DNA of 64,000 bases from the human T2T-CHM13v2.0 reference genome, Homo sapiens: NCBI RefSeq assembly GCF_009914755.1, contig NC_060938.1; one strand, written 5' to 3'. Under the pieces are notes generated by a model. It ran no database searches, had not been told where the DNA came from, and saw only the letters and a program-made list of their open reading frames with translations. Shown one piece after another: positions 1 to 17,364 of this stretch. How positions within the stretch are numbered: the stretch's first letter is position 1; each line of letters starts with the position of its first letter. Position numbers and translations under genes: made by a program.

Positions 1-830
1 CTTTTGGATTAATTTCTTAATCATTTAATTTGGCTTCTCTTTCTGCTTGCTAGTTATATGTTTTTTTAAATTCTTTTAATAGTTACCCTGGAGATGAAAA
101 AATAAAGTCTTGACTTATTAAATGTAGTTTAAGTTAGTACTCTTTCCACTTCCTGGAGAATTCAAGAACATTAGAAGATTTTAACTTAATTAGTTCTCTT
201 TAATCTCTTATGTTATCATTGCCACATATTTAAAACCCTACTAAGACATTATTGTTATTGCTTTAGATAGATAATATTTATTAGATTTACTCATGTATTT
301 ATCTTTTCTTTGCATTTGATTCATTCTTACATTTGAGTAATTTTGCTAAAAATATTTTATTAATTTGAATAACTTTATATAAATATTTTTCTAGTGGTTT
401 TTTTGGCAAAGAATTCTGTCAGTTTTCTGTTTATTTGGAAATATTATTATTTCACCTCTAGCATTAAAGACTATATTCTTTAGATATAGAATACTAAGTT
501 GGTAACTATTTTAAAAAAAACCCTTTATACATATATGTTCAGCACCTTAAAGTACATTATATCATCTTATGGCTTCCATTGTTTTTATAATAAGAAACCA
601 GGTGCCAGTCTTATTGTTCCTTTTTTACTTTAATAAATTGTTTGCAACATTTTACTATAATATGGCAAGGTGTGTTTTTCATTTTTCTTTTCAAAATTTA
701 TACTTTAAAAATTCTGTAGCTTGATATATTTTATCACTTTGAAAAATTCTTGGTCTTTAGAACTTCAAATATTATTTCTGCTTTATATTCTCTTTCTTCC
801 TCTTTTAAGACTCGAATTTCATTTTACATT
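1..830 (-). mobile_element. Old, highly diverged L1M-type fragment (resumes briefly after 6995)
   Basis: T-rich degenerate sequence resembling antisense old L1; it is the insertion target of the young L1. Confidence 0.5.
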
Positions 831-1862
831 AGAATTTCTTGAGGTCGAGCCAAGATGGCCGAATAGGAACAGCTCAGGTATACAGCTCCCAGCTTGAGCG
901 ACACAGAAGACAGGTGATTTCTGCATTTCCATCTGAGGTACCGAGTTCATCTCACTAGGCAGTGCCAGACAGTGGGCGCAGGACAGTGGGGGCAGTGCAC
1001 CGTGCATGAACCAAAGCAGGGTGAGGCATTGCCTCACTTGGGAAGTGCAAGGGGTCAGGGAGTTCCCTTTCCTAGTCAAAGAAAGGGGTGACAGACGGCA
1101 CCTGGAAAATAGGGTCACTCCCACCCGAATACTGCGCTTTTCCTACAGGCTTAAAAAATGGTGCACCAGGAGATTATATCCTGCACATGGCTCAGAGGGT
1201 CCTATGCCCATGGAGTCTCACTGATTGCTAGCACAGCAGTCTGAGATCAAACTGCAACTTGGCAGCGAGGCTGGGGGAGGGGCGCCCGCCATTGCCCAGG
1301 CTTGCTTAGGTAAACAAGGCAGCTGGGAAGCTCGAACTGGGTGGAGCCCACCACAGCTCAAGGAGGCCTGCCTGCCTCTGTAGGCTCCACCTCTGGGGGC
1401 AGGGCACAGACAAACAAAAGACAGCAGTAACCTCTGCAGACTTAAATGTCCCTGTCTGACAGCTTTGAAGAGAGCAGTGGTCCTCCCAGCAAGCAGCTGG
1501 AGATCTGAGAACGGGCAGACTGCCTCCTCAAGTGGGTCCCTGACCCCTGACCCCTGAGCAGCCTAGCTGGGAGGCACCCCGCAGTAGGGGCAGACTGACA
1601 CCTCACACGGCCAGGTACTCCTCTGAGACAAAACTTCCAGAGGAACGATCAGACAGCAGCATTCGCGGTTCACAAAAATCTGCTGTTCTGATGATACCCA
1701 GGCAAACAGGGTCTGGAGTGGACCTCCAGCAAACTCCAACAGATCTGCAGCTGAGGGTCTTGTCTGTTAGAAGGAAAGCTAACAAACAGAAAGGACATCC
1801 ACACCAAAAACCCATCTGTACATCACCATCATCAAAGACCAAAAGTAGATAAAACCACAAAG

Positions 1863-2876
1863 AGGGGGAAAAAACAGAGCAGAAAAACTGGAAACTCTAA
1901 AAAGCAGAGCACCTCTCCTCCTCCAAAGGAGCGCAGTTCCTCACCAGCAATGGAACAAAGCTGGATGGAGAATGACTTTGACGAGTTGAGAGAAGAAGGC
2001 TTCAGACGATCAAACTACTCCGAGCTACAGGAGGAAATTCAAACCAAAGGCAAAGAAGTTAAAAACTTTGAAAAAAATTTAGACGAATGTATAACTAGAA
2101 TAACCAATACAGAGAAGTGCTTAAAGGAGTTGATAGAGCTGAAAGCCAAGGCTCGAGAACTACGTGAAGAATGCAGAAACCTCAGGAGCTGATGCGATCA
2201 ACTGGAAGAAAGGGTACCAGTGACGGAAGATGAAATGAATGAAATGAAGCGAGAAGGGAAGTTTATAGAAAAAAGAATAAAAAGAAACGAACAAAGCCTC
2301 CAAGAAATATGGGACTATGTGAAAAGACCAAATCTACATCTGATTGGTGTACCTGAAAGTGACAGGGAGAATGGAACCAAGTTGGAAAACACTCTGCAGG
2401 ATATTATCCAGGAGAACTTCCCCAATCTAGCAAGGCAGGCCAACTTTCAGATTCAGGAAATACAGAGAATGCCACAAAGATACTCCTTGAGAAGAGCAAC
2501 TCCAAGGCACATAATTGTCAGATTCACCAAAGTTGAAATGAAGGAAAAAATGTTAAGGGCAGCCAGAGAGAAAGGTCGGGTTACTCACAAAGGGAAGCCC
2601 ATCAGACTAACAGCGGATCTCTCAGCAGAAACTCTACAAGCCAGAAGAGAGTGGGGGCCAATATTCAACATTCTTAAAGAAAAGAATTTTCAACCCAGAA
2701 TTTCATATCCAGCCAAACTAAGCTTCATAAGTGGAGAAATAAAATCCTTTACAGACAAGCAATTGCTGAGAGATTTTGTCACCACCAGGCCTGCCCTAAA
2801 AGAGCTCCTGAAGGAAGCACTAAACATGGAAAGGAACAACCGGTACCAGCCACTGCAAAATCATGCCAAATTGTAA
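1863..2876 (+). pseudogene. L1 ORF1p, disrupted
   Basis: Start ATG replaced by AGG at 1863-1865; in-frame TGA at 2190-2192; remainder translates as ORF1p ending ...YQPLQNHAKL*. Confidence 0.93.
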
Positions 2877-2939
2877 AGACCATCAAGGCTAGGAAGAAAC
2901 TACATCAACTAATGAGCAAAATGACCAGCTAACATCATA

Positions 2940-6745
<3,806 letters not shown>

Positions 6746-7239
6746 ACAATGAGAACACATGGATACAGGAAGGGCAGCATCACACTCTGGGGACTGTTGT
6801 GGGGTGGGGGGATGGGGGAGGGATAGCATTAGGAGATATACCTAATGCTAAATGATGAGTTAATGGGTGCAGCACACCAGCATGGCACATGTATACATAT
6901 GTAACTAACCTGCACATTGTGCACATGTACCCTAAAACTTAAAGTATAATAATAATAAAATAAAAAAAATAAATAAAATAAAAAAAGAACTTCTTACTAT
7001 TTTCCACGTGGCTCTTACACATCTTTTTGTATTTTATATATTTTTCTTTCTATGATTTAAAAAGCTTCTAGAAGCCCTACTTAACCATAATAGGTTCAGA
7101 AGAAAAATGGTAAACACATAGTAATCAGCGGTGCATAACAATGATGAAATCCCACTGGGCAGATGTTACAAGGATAAATCCATTAGCTTCTGTATCTTCA
7201 CCCAGGGAAGGGCTTCCCAATGTACTGTTCTATAGGATC

Positions 7240-7745
7240 AGGTTCAGATGTCTTACCCTGCCCTGTAAAGGGCTTCAGAAAAGAAATCCAGCCCCCTTCT
7301 CCAATCTCTTCTTCAGTGTCTTTCCTTTAGGTCCTTCAGTACCTTTCCTCTTTCTCTCCCACATCATGCTCTTCTGTCATTTTTGGACCAAGGCTCATAC
7401 TCCTTCTTCTGTCTGAAATGGCCCTCCCCTCTTGAGCTTTTTGGAAAGCTCTTCATCATTCTGCACAACTCAGCTCAACTATAACTTTCCTCTGACATTC
7501 ATCTGCATTCTCCCTTCACTAAGACAGAGTAAATTTCTTATTTATGTTCTAACAGCAATTTACACCTACATCTATTGTACCTTTTACTGTATTGTCATAG
7601 ATAACCCTCTGTGTACCCACTGCTTCTATGATAATTTGGGTGTCTCAATCAAGGACTAAATTTATCCTGTTTATCTTTGAATCTCTAGAACCTAGCAGAG
7701 TACTTTATACATGGGGAGCCCTCTATGACTGTGGTTGAATTGCAC
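7240..7745 (+). mobile_element. L2 3' fragment
   Basis: Ends with L2-like tctctagaacctagcagagtac...gttgaattg. Confidence 0.55.
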
Positions 7746-9864
7746 TGCTGAGTTTATACCTATAGAAGCTGCCTCTGACCATGTAATATAGGACCGCTGA
7801 ACAATCTTCTCATGACCTGAACTGGATTGTGTGAGGTTGAGAGGTGATGAGAGTTAGTAAGAAAATCATTCCTGAAGACTTAGGAGATTAATATGGCTGT
7901 TGAAGTGTGTTAACTGTATTTTGCCAAGCTCCGAACATAAGGATGGGAAATACAGAGGAAGGTAGTAGGGCTATGGTAAGAGGTTAGAAATCAGGCCCCA
8001 GTTCTCCAAAAGAGTGTCCAGAATATGTTGGGTAATGGGGACATATGGTGATATAAACAAGATATAGGCAGGAGTTCTAGCTTTCAAGAATCTTGAGCAG
8101 ACTCATAGCCAGGTAAAAGAAGGCTTTGTGAAGGCTTTGTTAAGTGAGCTACTGTGATGGCAGTGGAGTAACTCATTTAACTCTACCTCTCTTTGTCTTT
8201 TTTGTTGTTTTGGGCTTCCACAATGTAAATGAAATACTCTTTAAACATGCCTCTAAGCTGTGTAGCCAGTGGGGATGGATGTGTGAAGTCTGGACATCTT
8301 TTAAGGTGCAGTTTTTGAGGAGCTCTTAGTTCTGGTGAGCCCTGGGGGAAATCATTACTAGTCTTACTATTTGCATTTAACACATTTCTGGGTGGAAGTC
8401 ATCAGCTTTCTCCAGGGTTCTTCTTGAAGTGGGGAGAATCCTGGGAGTCACTTGGAATTAGATGAAAAGCAGATAGGGATGTTGGTTGTTTCAAGTTCAT
8501 CACTTTCTATTTATCAGCTTCATCAAGGCCATGGAAGGTTCTAAATTGGACGGAAGTGCTCCTTTTTCTATCCTGTCAGTCAGCTGTTTCAGAGAACTGA
8601 TAAAAGAAGTCATGCTTTCCCCCAAAGGAAACATAAAACAGTCCCAAGATAAGGATGACGTCCCAGGCCTGAGACTCCTGTGTCTACCCTTTTCTTTCAG
8701 AGCTCACTGCATAAGAAGAATGGTGGCCATATTAGGAAGATTGGTCCCTTAGCTCATTCTTGGGCTGGATCCTTATTTGAGCTCCCACTGGGGTATAGAA
8801 CATGCCTTTCTCCCAGTTATCTTCTTTGCTACATTGCTTGTCATGTTATGTCAGCATCAGCTGCACAAAATCCAAGAGGATCTCATCCTAGGACTTCATC
8901 CCTAAGATCTGGGGAGAGTTTCCAAAGGAGAAGGTCTTATGTGGTAAATGTACTCCCAGCTGTCTCATAGTGGGGACCAATGAAAAACTGAGAGGGGTGG
9001 AGAGTAGAGGTGTTTAACTCAGAACTCAGTAGAATTGCCCTGCATTGGGGATGGCGAAAGTGTGTGTGACAACTGTCTTTAAGCATTATACAGACCATTA
9101 GATGGCACATGTGTTCTTTGTACACATGGTTTTATGTGGGGTGTAAAAGGAAAATGGTTGAATTCTGTATATTATCTGTCCAGGTTTGCATCAGAGTAGC
9201 CAGATGTTTGCTTGACCAGGGTGGTTGGGATGAAAGCTATTGGGGAAGGAGGTGGCTAAGTGAGTTTGAAGGCCACTTGCTCCTCTGAAAAGTCACATCT
9301 CTGGGCTGGAAGAGCACCGGCCTTGCAGTTGGCAGACCAAGGTTTCAAACCTGGCTTTGCGGGTAACTCAGTAAAAGGCCATCTGGAGTCACTTTCCTTT
9401 CTGTGTCTTGGTTTCTTTATATCCCAAAGGAGGAAGTTGTTTTCTGTCAGTGGGTTTCAAAGCTGCTTACTTTTAAAAAAGTAAAAGGGACCTCCTTTTC
9501 AAAGGAAATTTCATACTATGCCTATACCTAAAAGAGACAGAGATATGCTCTTCTGATTGAAGAGAAGGACTGCGGGGCTGGGAATAGTTAACCTGTTGCT
9601 TTCCTCTTCCTTTCCACTTTCGAGAGCTCCACAGAGCACAGTATTGGAACAAGATGATAACTAAGCAAACAATCCTTTATTCTAGTGCCAATAAAATGTA
9701 TTTCTAGGATCAACAAGGTAATTTAAGCTTTAAGTATAGTGTGCTTTACAAATGAGAGGCGTGGTAATTGTTCTGGAATTAGAAGGTTTTAAATTCTGGT
9801 AGATACCTAATGAGGTCTAGGCCATATGGGACTCAGAAGATGGGACACCCTAAATGTTAACTGT

Positions 9865-9965
9865 TAGTGAGAGCAGGGAGTGTTTATTCTGTGCACCACT
9901 GGATTTCCAGTGCCTAGCACAGTGCCTGGTATATGCTAGTTGCTCAAAATTTATTTAATAACTAA
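9865..9965 (+). mobile_element. L2 3'-end fragment
   Basis: ccagtgcctagcacagtgcctggtatatgctagttgctcaaaatttatt matches the L2 terminus. Confidence 0.7.
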
Positions 9966-11364
9966 TGGTAGGAGCATAGCCTTTCTGTTATTCCACAGAA
10001 AGAATCTCCTGTAACTCAAGAGGGGCTGGCAAGAGAGTCTTATCCTGGGAGCCAGGCTGTGGGCTAAGACTAAGGAAGAATAGGCTGAAAGGGGCTGAGG
10101 CCCTGATCTCATGGGGGATGCTGGGCTGGACATGAGAACTGAGCTGACTGTGCTTCAATGGACAGTGTGTCTGGGACTCTAGGGTCATTTCTCCTGCTCA
10201 ATTGTCCAGGGACTTCTTGGTATAGGCAGTGGCTTGGGCTTTGGCCTCCTTTAGGGTGGCCCTGGTCTAAGAGAAGCAAGGGAGGGGCCTGAAGAATTTT
10301 CTGGTAGAGACAAGGCCCTGAGGGTTCCATGCTTTGGACTTCAGTCTCCAGGACTCCTCAGGTCCTTCTCTCATCCAAGTTGTGGCCCTCTGGGGATGAT
10401 GATGGGGGAGAGCAGATACTCTGGATTGACCTAATGTAGGAGACACAGACTTTTTTGGCAGGTGCATCTAAAGGTTTCAGCTTACTCTGGAAAGAATCAT
10501 TAATGTGTACCTGTATCTTTTAAAATTGTTAATAGTTTGCTATAGAGTAAGATTTGATTTGTGCAGGTCTGTTTTAGAAATTCAACTACTTCTGTTACCA
10601 CACTGACCTCATTCTGTTACCACAAACTAACAGAATTTGACAGTAAAAAAGTTAGGTATATTCCACCCCTCCCACATCATACATTCACAAATTTTATCTT
10701 ATTCTTATTATGTGTCCATTGCTCTTTTGTTGCTTCTGTATGAAATATTTTGGTCTTGTGGCAGAGTGAAAAACAAACAGGCAAGTCATGTGGTGGCTGA
10801 CAGAGCTTCTTTGCAGAAGTGGAATAAGCCACTATGCTCACATGGCAATGGTCAAAATGAGTCACATGCCCTAGCTTGGCATCACTGGGGTGGGGACATA
10901 CAATCTTCTCCTAAGGAGGCATACTATGGAGAGGAGCAGCACATATTTTGAAAGATAATTTAATCTACTAAAATAATTTGTTTTTATGGGTTTATAAGAC
11001 GTATTAATTTTTATATGTTGACCTTTTATCCATCAATTTTACTGAGCTGTCTAATATGTGGATTGCTATCTAAAGACAGCAGTTGTTTCAACTTGAAACA
11101 GCAACTTATGTCTTCCTTTTCAATTTCCAAATCCTTATTTTTGTTGTTGCATTACTTAGGACATCCATACAATATCAAATAGTAGAAATAGTAATAGATA
11201 TTTTTTAATGTTTCTTACTAAATGTAAATGCTTTAAAATATTACCCTTATGTAAGATATAATTGATATGATTTAGACAGTTTCCTTTTATTTTTGTCTTC
11301 CAAAAGACTTAAAAAAATTAATCATTAAGTGTTAAATATATAGAAGTCACCATGCTACAATGTG

Positions 11365-11545
11365 GTTGTCAGTCAGCTTTCCCTAGGTTATGCTGTGGGG
11401 AAGAACCAACCCCCAAATTACAGTGCTTTCGCCAACAATAAAAACATTTATTTCTTGTTTCTATTACATGTTGGCTGCAGATCTGCTGAGGCTATATTCT
11501 AGCTGGGTTTCTACTCCATGACTTCATAATTTTGGGATTATGGAA
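11365..11545 (-). mobile_element. Old MaLR LTR fragment (MLT1J/K-like)
   Basis: gtcagtcagct...ggttatgctg...aaacatttatttctt resembles the MLT1 antisense terminus. Confidence 0.45.
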
Positions 11546-11734
11546 TTATTTTATTTATAAAGTGAAGTCTTTTTCTTCCAGTGTGATAATCATAACCTTT
11601 TAATAGGAGTATTTATTTACTTGTAACATAGTTAATATCGTTGTGCTTAAATCTACCATCTTATTATTTTTTTCTATTGTCTCATATGCTCTTTGTTCCC
11701 CCCTCCCCCATTTTCTTGGATTTTTGGGATTTAG

Positions 11735-12000
11735 TTTTTTTGTTTGAGACAGGGTTTTGCTTTATCACTCAGGCTGGAATGCAGTGGCACAAACATGGCT
11801 CACTGCAGCTTCAACCATCGAGGCTCAAGTGATCCTCCTGTCTCAGTCCCCAAAGTAGCTGAAACTCCAGGCACCTACCATCATGCCTGGTTAATTTTTT
11901 TGTGGGGATGGGGTATCACCATGTTGCCCAGGATTGTCTTGAACTCTTGAGATCAAGCAATCCATGCTGGGATTACAGACATGAACCATGGTGCCTGGTC
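11735..12000 (-). mobile_element. AluJ-like SINE
   Basis: Diverged antisense Alu dimer starting with a T-tract. Confidence 0.85.
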
Positions 12001-12088
12001 TAATTTGGTATTGTTATGATCCTATGTAATAATCACAAGTGGCTTGCAAACTGTACCTCTTTGTTTTATTCTTGTAACATTCTAATCA

Positions 12089-12212
12089 ATTTTTTTTTAA
12101 AAAGATGAAGGCTCACTGAGTTTCCTAGGCTGGACTCAAACTCCTAGGCTCAAGTGATCCCCTAGCCTCAGCCTCTTATATATCTGAGACTACAGGCATG
12201 TGCCACTGAGTT
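12089..12212 (-). mobile_element. FLAM or AluJ monomer
   Basis: T-tract followed by a single antisense left-arm-like monomer. Confidence 0.75.
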
Positions 12213-12239
12213 CTGCTGTTTTATTCTTTTAAAATTGTT

Positions 12240-15200
12240 GTTCGAGGCACTACCCTTGCTGCCAGTGTGAATGTGCATGTGGAGGCCACTGGTCCTGTAC
12301 CTGCCAGTGCTCTACCCCAGCTGATGAGCATGCATTCCGTTGTGTTACCACTGCTGCTGGCACATGCCAACAAGCATGAATCCCACTTCCTCTGCCCAAT
12401 GAAGCCCTTTGGCTAGCACTATCCATGGGAATATTGTGGCCAGAGGTATGGGAACACCTTGACCTCTCCAGCGTAGCAAGTTCCTAACCTCTAGGGGCCA
12501 GAAAACAAAGCCAGGAGCCTAATACCAGCCCTCTAGAGTGAGAGCATGAAGCCCAGAAGTGCTGAGCAGAGCCTTGATCTCCTAAAATCTTCCAGAAATG
12601 AAGCCAGTTGACTGAACCCACCATCAAATCCCCAAGGACATTGAGGAAGATAAAAGCAAAATTAAAAAAAAAAAATCCAAAGGACAGCAGCTTCAAAGAT
12701 TGAAGGAACATCAGCCCACACAGTTGAAAAAAACCAGTGCAAGAACTGTGGCAACGCAAAAGCCAGAGTCTTTGTACCTCCAGATGACTGCACTAGTTCC
12801 CTGGCAATGGTTTTTAACCAGGCTAAAATGACAGAAGTAGAATTCAGAAAATACGGATAGGAATGAAGATCATTGAGATTCAGGAGAAAGTTGACACCCA
12901 ATCCAAGGATTCTAAGGAATACAATAGAATGATGTGGGAGATGAAAGGTCAAATAGCCATTTTAAGAAAGAACCAAACTGATTTGATAGAGCTGAAAAAC
13001 TCACTTTGAGAATTTCAGAATATAATTGCAAGTGTTAACAGCATAATTGAACAAGCTGAGCAAAGAATCTCAGAACTTGAAGACCAGTTCTCCAAAATAA
13101 CTCAGTCAGACAAAAATAAAGGAAAACACTCTGAAGGGAGTGCTAAATATGGAAAGGAAAGACTGTTATCAGCCCCTACAAAGACACATTTAAGTACATA
13201 GACTAGCGACACTATACAGCAGTCACATCAACAAGCTTGCATAATAACCAGCTAACAACAGGATGACAGGATCGAATCTGCACATATCAATACTGACCTT
13301 GAATGTAAATGGGCTAAATGCCCCAATTAAGAGGCACAGAGTGGCAAGTTGGATAAAGAAACAAAGCCTAATGTTACGCTGTCTTCAAGAGACCCATCTC
13401 ACATGCAACGACACCCATAGGCTCAAAGTAAAGGCATGGAGAAAAATCTACCAAGCAAATTGAAAACATAAAAAGGCAGGGAGTGCTATTCTAATTTCAG
13501 TCAAAACAGACTTTAAGCCAACAAAGATAAAAAAAGACAAAGAAGGGCCTTATGTAATGGTAAAGGGCTCAATTCAACAAGAAGATCTAACTATCCTAAA
13601 TAATATGCACCCAACACAGGAGCACCCAGATTCATAAAGCAAGCTCTTAGAGACCTACAAAGAGACTTAGATAACCACACAATAATAGTGGGAGTCCTCA
13701 ACACCCCACTGATTGTATTAGACAGATCTTTGAGGCAGAAAACTAACAAAGGTATCTGGGACCTGAACTCGATACTTGACCAAATGGACCTAGTAGACAT
13801 CTACAGAATTCTCCACCCCCAAACAACAGAATATATATTCTTCTTGTCTACACATGGCTCATACTCTAAAATCAACCACACAATCATACATAAAACAATT
13901 CTCAGCAAATTAAAAAAACCCTAAATCATACCAACAACCTTCTTGGACCACAGTGCAATAAAAATAGAAATCAATACTAAGAATATTGCTCAAAACCATA
14001 TAATTACATGGAAATTAAAAACATGGTCCTGAATGACTTTTGGGTAAATAAAAAAATTAAGATTTAAATCAATAATTCTTTGAAACTAATGAGAGCAAAT
14101 ATACAACATATCAGAATCTCTGGGATACAGCTAAAGTAGTGTTAAGAGGGATGTTTATAGCACTGAACACCCACATCAAAAAGTTAGAAAGATATCACAG
14201 TAACAACTTATCATCACAACTAGAAGAACTAGAGAACCAAGGGCAAACCAACCCCAAACCTAGCAGAAGAAAATAAATAACTAAAATCCTAGCTGAACTC
14301 AAGAAAATTGACAAAAACATACAAAAGATGAATGAATGCAACAGCCGGTTTCTTTGAAAGAACTAATAAGACAGACTGCTGGTGAGACTAATAAAGAAAA
14401 AAGAGGGAAGATCCAAATAAACACAGTCTGAAGTGACAGAGAGGATGTTACCGTTGACCTCACAGAAATATAAAAAACCTCTCAGAAACTGAAACAAACA
14501 CCTTTATGTACACAAGCTAGAGAATCTAGAAGAAATGAATACATTCCCAGAAACATACAAGCTCCCAAGATTGAACCAGCAAGAAATGGAATCCCTAAGG
14601 AGATCAATAATGAGTTCAGAAATATAATCAGTAATAAAAGTATGCCAACAAGTAAAAGCCCAGGGGCAGATGGATTCACAGCCAAATTTTACCAGATGTA
14701 TAAAAAAGAGTTTTACCATTCTTACTGAAACCATTCCAAAAAAATTGAGAAGGGACTCCTTTCCAGCTCATCTTATGAGGCCAGCATTTTCCTGATACCA
14801 AAACCTGGCAGAGACAGAACAATAAAAGGAAACTTCAGGCCAACATTTTTGATAAACATAGATGCAAAGATCCTTGACAAAATACTAGCAAACCAAACCT
14901 AGCAACACATCAAAAAACTAATACACTATAATCAAGTTGGCTCTATCCCTGGGATGCAAGGTTGGTTCAACATACTCAAATCAATAACTGTGATTCATCA
15001 CATAAACGGAACTGAAAACAAAAACCACAGAGTACTTCCATAGATGCAGAAAAGGCTTTTGATAAAATTCAATGTCCCTTCATGTTAAAAACCGACAACA
15101 AACAAGGAATTTAAGGAACATAGCTCAAAACAATAAGAGCCACGTATGAAAAACCCACAGCCAATATCATACTGAATGGGCAAAAGCTGGAAGCATTACC

Positions 15201-16850
15201 CTTGAAAAGCAGAACAAGCAAAGATGCCCTCTCTCACTATTCCTACTCAACATATTATGGAAGTCCTGGCTAGAGCACTCTGGTAAGAGAAAGAAATGAA
15301 AGTCATCCAAATAGGAAGAGAAGGAGTCAAAATATCCCTGTTTGCAGATGATATGATTCTATACTGAGAAACCCCCATAGTCTCTGCCTAAAAGCTCTTT
15401 GGTCTGATAAACAACTTTAGCAAAGTTTCAGGATATGAAATCAATGTACACAAAAGAGTAGCATTCCTATGCACCAGCAGCATCCAAGCTGAGAGCTGAA
15501 TCAAGAACACAATCCTATTCACAATAACCATGAAAAGAATAAAATACCTAGGAATACAGCCAACCAGGGAGATAAAAGATCTCTACAATGAGAATTACAA
15601 AACACTGCTCAAAGAAATCAGAGATGACACAAACAAATGGAAAAGCATTCCGTGATAGTTGGATAGCCATATGCTGAAGATTGAAACTGGACCCCTTCCT
15701 TACACCACATACAAAAACCAACTCAAGGTGGATTAAGGACTTGAATATAAAACCTAAAGCTATAAAAACCCTGGAAGATAATCTAGGAAATACCATTCTG
15801 GACATAGGACCTGGTAAAGATTTTATCCTGAAGAGCTGAAGCAATTGCAACAAAAACAGAAATTGATAAATGGGACCTAATTAAACTAAAGAGCTTCTGC
15901 ACAGCAAAAAGACTATTAACAGAGCAAACAGACAACCTACAGAATGGGAGAAAATATTTGCAAACTATGTACCAACAAAGGTCTAATAACCAGAATCTAT
16001 AAGCAACATGAACAGATGCTTTTAAAAAGAAGATATACACGTGGCCAACAAGCATATGAAAAAATGTTCAACATCACTAATCTTTAGAGAAATGCAAATC
16101 AAAGCCACAGTGAGATACCATCTCACAACAGTCAGAAAGGTGATTACTAAAACGTCAAAAAATAACAGATACCAGCGAGGTTGTGGAGTAAAGGGAAGAC
16201 TTATATACTGCTGGTGGAAATGTACATTAGTCTGACCATCATAGAAAACAGTTTGGCAATTTCTCAAAGAATTCAAATCAGAATTGCTATCTGACCCGCC
16301 AATCCCATTATTAGGTATATATCCAAAGGAATAGAAATTGTTCTACCACTAAGACACATGCATGCATATGTTCCTCACAGCACTATTCACAATAGCAAAG
16401 ACATGGAATCAACCTAAATGCCTATCAATGGTGGACTGAATAAAGAAAATATAGCACATGCACACCATGGAATACTATGCAGCCATAAAAAGAATGAGAT
16501 CATGTCCTTTGCAGCAACACAGATGGAGCCAGAGGCCATTATCCTAAGCAAACTAATATGGGAACAGAAAACCAAATAGCAAATGTTCTCATTTATAAAT
16601 GGGAACTAAACATTGAGTACATATGGACACAAGGAAGAGAACAACAAACATCAGGGTGTACTTAAGTGTGGAGGGAGGGTGGAGGATGAGGATCAAAAAA
16701 CTACCTATTGGGTACTATACTTAACACCTGGGCAATGAAATCATCTGTACACAAAACCCCCATGACACACAATTTACCTATACAGGAAACCTGTACATGT
16801 ACCCCTGAACCTAAAACAAAAGTTAAAAAAGACATAAAAATTAAAAAAGA
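12240..16850 (+). mobile_element. Older L1PA (about L1PA13-16) with internal deletions
   Basis: Partial 5' UTR and ORF1; ORF2 start MTGSNLHISIL at 13263; sequence jumps near 13125, 15651 and 16005; 3' end cctgtacatgtacccctgaacctaaaacaaaagttaaaaaa. Confidence 0.9.
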
Positions 16851-17364
16851 TTGTTCCAGAGTTTACAACATACATCTTTAACTTATCACAGTCTGCCTTC
16901 AAGGAATATTATATGAATTCATATCGTGTAAGACCCTTACAGCAGTGTATTTCTTTTTCCCTTTCCATCCTTGTGCTAATGATAGTACATGATACAGATA
17001 CATTACATTTGAAGTATCATTATGTTTTACTTACACATATGTTCTGAACCTCATAACTCTGTTTTTATTTTTTGCTTTAAGCAATCATGTTTTAAAGAAA
17101 TAAAAAGTTTACATTAACCCAATAGTTATAATTTCTGGTGCTCTTCATTCCTTTTTATAAACTAGAGGTTTCATCTGAAGTGTTTTTTTTTTTGCCTGAA
17201 AAATTTTCTTTAACATTTTCTATAGTGCAATTGTACTGGTCATAAATTCTTTCAATTTTCATTTGTGTAAAAACATGTTTACACATGTTTTGGATGATGG
17301 GGCAATTGGTAAGCTAAGAGAATTCCCTGGACATGAATCCATTGCTATATTTAGTCATGAATAG

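Noticed and set aside
6789-6823. G-quadruplex-like G-runs (also near 27108-27141)
   Set aside because: Standard polypurine tract of the L1PA 3' UTR.
8119-8140. 11-bp tandem duplication gaaggctttgt
   Set aside because: Ordinary slippage with no evident functional context.
10110-10185. + strand reading ...MRTELTVLQWTVCLG, loosely like a granzyme exon 4 segment
   Set aside because: Only a few residues match, it is on the strand opposite CTSG, and there are no splice sites or neighbouring exons; likely chance.
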